DNA of 1,224 nucleotides from Escherichia coli (GTDB lineage Bacteria; Pseudomonadota; Gammaproteobacteria; Enterobacterales; Enterobacteriaceae): NCBI RefSeq assembly GCF_003334355.1, contig NZ_QOWP01000093.1; one strand, 5' to 3'. Shown piece by piece: positions 1 to 1,224 of this stretch (position 1 is its first letter; each line of letters starts with the position of its first letter). The notes under the pieces were generated by a model. It saw only the letters and a program-made list of their open reading frames with translations, ran no database searches and was not told where the DNA came from. The position numbers and the translations under genes were made by a program.

Positions 1-1214
1 GAACTGTCTTGGTCTGCCGGGTTATAACGGTCCCAGTTGAACTTCACCCGCACGCGACCATGTTCGTCGCAGAAGATTTCCTCGCCTGCCGGTCCTGTCA
101 CGACAGCGCTCTGCGGGCCGTCGACCAGCGGTTTCAGCAACGGCTGTGGTCGCCATGTTCTGTCTGCCGGGATCACCGCAAAATGGTTCTCCAGCGCCGT
201 CCCCGCTCCCTGCCGTCCTGGCACCGCCTGTGGCTGTTCGCCGTGCAGTTCACTTGCCACCACCTGCCATTCCCGGTTCAGGTTCGCCTGCGGATGCCCC
301 GTCAGCACAATTCGCCGTCCCGGCCATATCTCCAGCGAGCGGCTCATTCCCCGCGCGGTTTCTGCGTTGTTTCGCCAGCCGTCCATCTGCCAGCGGGCAA
401 AGTTCTGCCCGTGGGCGCTCTTGAAACGTCCGGGGTAGTCATACACTTCATACTGCGTGCGCTGGTAGTCCTGGTGCTGGCCTTCCTGTTCAAAACGTCC
501 GGCCCAGCCGGGGCGTTTAAAGGTGTAGTCTTTGGTCACCACGGAAGAAGGGCGGATTTGTGCGCTGTAGCGGAACTGGCTGATGCAGAGGGTGCTCACC
601 TCGGTACGGGTGTTCGGGTTCCATGGGATTTCAAAAGATTCGGGCAGATGGCGGACTGTGTCGCACAGCACCAGGCTCTGGTCGGTACTTTTGTAAGCAT
701 GCTCCTCATAAAAGAAGATGCCTTCCTCCGCCGCCATCCGGCACAGGAAATCGTAATCAGTCTCACCGTACTGGACACAAAACTCACGGGAAGGATGCGG
801 CTCGCTGAACAGCGGACTCCATTCGGTCACCCCGTTTTCCTGCAACATCGTGCCGAGGATGCTTTTGATGTCCTCGTTCTGGAAGATACGGAAGGTCTGG
901 CGCAGACCGGCACGCCACAGCGGCGGGTGCACCTTCATGCTGTACAGCATCTGGTTTTTGTCGTTCTCCCCCAGTTCAAACCAGGTCACCACGCCTTTCA
1001 CCCGGCGCTGTACTTCATCGCCCTGCCATATCGTCAGGTAGGCCATTTTGTCCAGCACCTGCGCAAATTCAAGGGAGAGAAACTGCTGGCTGACCAGGGA
1101 GAGATCGAGGGAAAAGAGCGAAGAGAGTGACTGGTTCAGATGAAAGGAAACCACCGCAAAAGCATCCGGCGGCAGGCCGTCCACTTCCAGTGTGAAACGT
1201 AATCCGGTTGACAT
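1..1214 (-). CDS. vgrG: Type VI secretion system spike protein VgrG, N-terminal part (gp27-like hub domain plus start of gp5-like OB-fold). 5' end complete, 3' end truncated by the window edge; 404 complete codons visible.
   Basis: Hand translation of the reverse complement from the ATG at 1214-1212 gives an uninterrupted frame to position 3 (no stop in 404 codons). N-terminus: [145 protein letters not shown]... Visible C-terminus: ...[39 protein letters not shown]. This matches the VgrG / Rhs-element Vgr family (Phage_GPD-like N-terminal domain followed by a Phage_base_V-like OB-fold) from memory; no database search was run. The six-frame track does not list this ORF, presumably because it has no in-window stop. 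Confidence 0.93.
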   Translation of the reverse strand, partial: MSTGLRFTLEVDGLPPDAFAVVSFHLNQSLSSLFSLDLSLVSQQFLSLEFAQVLDKMAYLTIWQGDEVQRRVKGVVTWFELGENDKNQMLYSMKVHPPLWRAGLRQTFRIFQNEDIKSILGTMLQENGVTEWSPLFSEPHPSREFCVQYGETDYDFLCRMAAEEGIFFYEEHAYKSTDQSLVLCDTVRHLPESFEIPWNPNTRTEVSTLCISQFRYSAQIRPSSVVTKDYTFKRPGWAGRFEQEGQHQDYQRTQYEVYDYPGRFKSAHGQNFARWQMDGWRNNAETARGMSRSLEIWPGRRIVLTGHPQANLNREWQVVASELHGEQPQAVPGRQGAGTALENHFAVIPADRTWRPQPLLKPLVDGPQSAVVTGPAGEEIFCDEHGRVRVKFNWDRYNPADQDS

Positions 1215-1219
1215 AGCAA

Positions 1220-1224
1220 CCTCC
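1220..1224 (-). promoter_or_regulatory. Shine-Dalgarno ribosome-binding site for vgrG
   Basis: The reverse complement of 1212-1224 reads GGAGG-TTGCT-ATG: a perfect GGAGG core 5 nt upstream of the start codon. This supports 1214 as the true start. Confidence 0.7.

Noticed and set aside
12-171. A 10-bp direct repeat, gtctgccggg, at 12-21 and 162-171.
   Set aside because: About one such 10-mer coincidence is expected by chance in 1.2 kb. Both copies lie inside the coding frame and encode P-A-D tripeptides in unrelated contexts. There is no evidence of a mobile-element boundary or regulatory role.
37-438. A 133-aa + strand ORF and the nested 92-aa ORF at 146-424.
   Set aside because: Both are antisense to vgrG in other frames, with Pro/Ser/Ala/Arg/Gly/Cys-rich low-complexity products typical of spurious ORFs in GC-rich coding DNA. 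Neither has a convincing RBS.
424-502. A repeated aaacgtccgg motif at 424-433 and 493-502, encoding G-R-F in two places (YPGRFKS and WAGRFEQ).
   Set aside because: A short coincidental or minor intragenic similarity within the hub domain; too short to support a genuine internal duplication or a DNA-level element.
596-787. A 63-aa minus-strand ORF.
   Set aside because: Same strand as vgrG but out of frame and entirely inside the strongly supported vgrG reading frame; short, with no recognisable features.
623-808. A 61-aa + strand ORF.
   Set aside because: Short, antisense to vgrG, and without features suggesting a real gene.
850-1041. A 63-aa + strand ORF.
   Set aside because: Short, antisense to vgrG, and without features suggesting a real gene.
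9-1130. A 373-aa + strand ORF spanning almost the whole window (it starts at TTG, not ATG).
   Set aside because: It lies exactly antisense and in codon register with vgrG. In that register antisense stops arise only where the sense gene uses TTA, CTA or TCA codons, which are rare in this GC-rich gene. The ORF ends at the TGA (1128-1130) opposite a sense TCA serine codon, and a TAA at 1200-1202 lies opposite a sense TTA leucine codon. The translation is low-complexity (R/P/A/H-rich) with no recognisable domain or RBS. It is a stop-depletion artefact, not a gene.

Overview
The whole window is the 5' portion of a single minus-strand gene encoding the N-terminal ~404 residues of a VgrG type VI secretion system (T6SS) spike protein. 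The reading frame is open from the ATG at 1214-1212 to the window edge at position 1, with a GGAGG ribosome-binding site 5 nt upstream (1224-1220). The product (hand-translated) begins [50 protein letters not shown] and ends ...[28 protein letters not shown], which matches enterobacterial (Escherichia/Shigella-type) VgrG as I recall it. The window covers the phage gp27-like hub domain and the first residues of the gp5-like OB-fold; the gene's 3' end runs off the window. I see no novel or undescribed system in this window itself. The variable, potentially interesting parts of a vgrG locus (the VgrG C-terminus and downstream adaptor/effector/immunity or Rhs cargo) lie beyond position 1, and the promoter and any upstream T6SS genes lie beyond position 1224. 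All + strand ORFs in the supplied track are antisense to vgrG and are rejected as artefacts.
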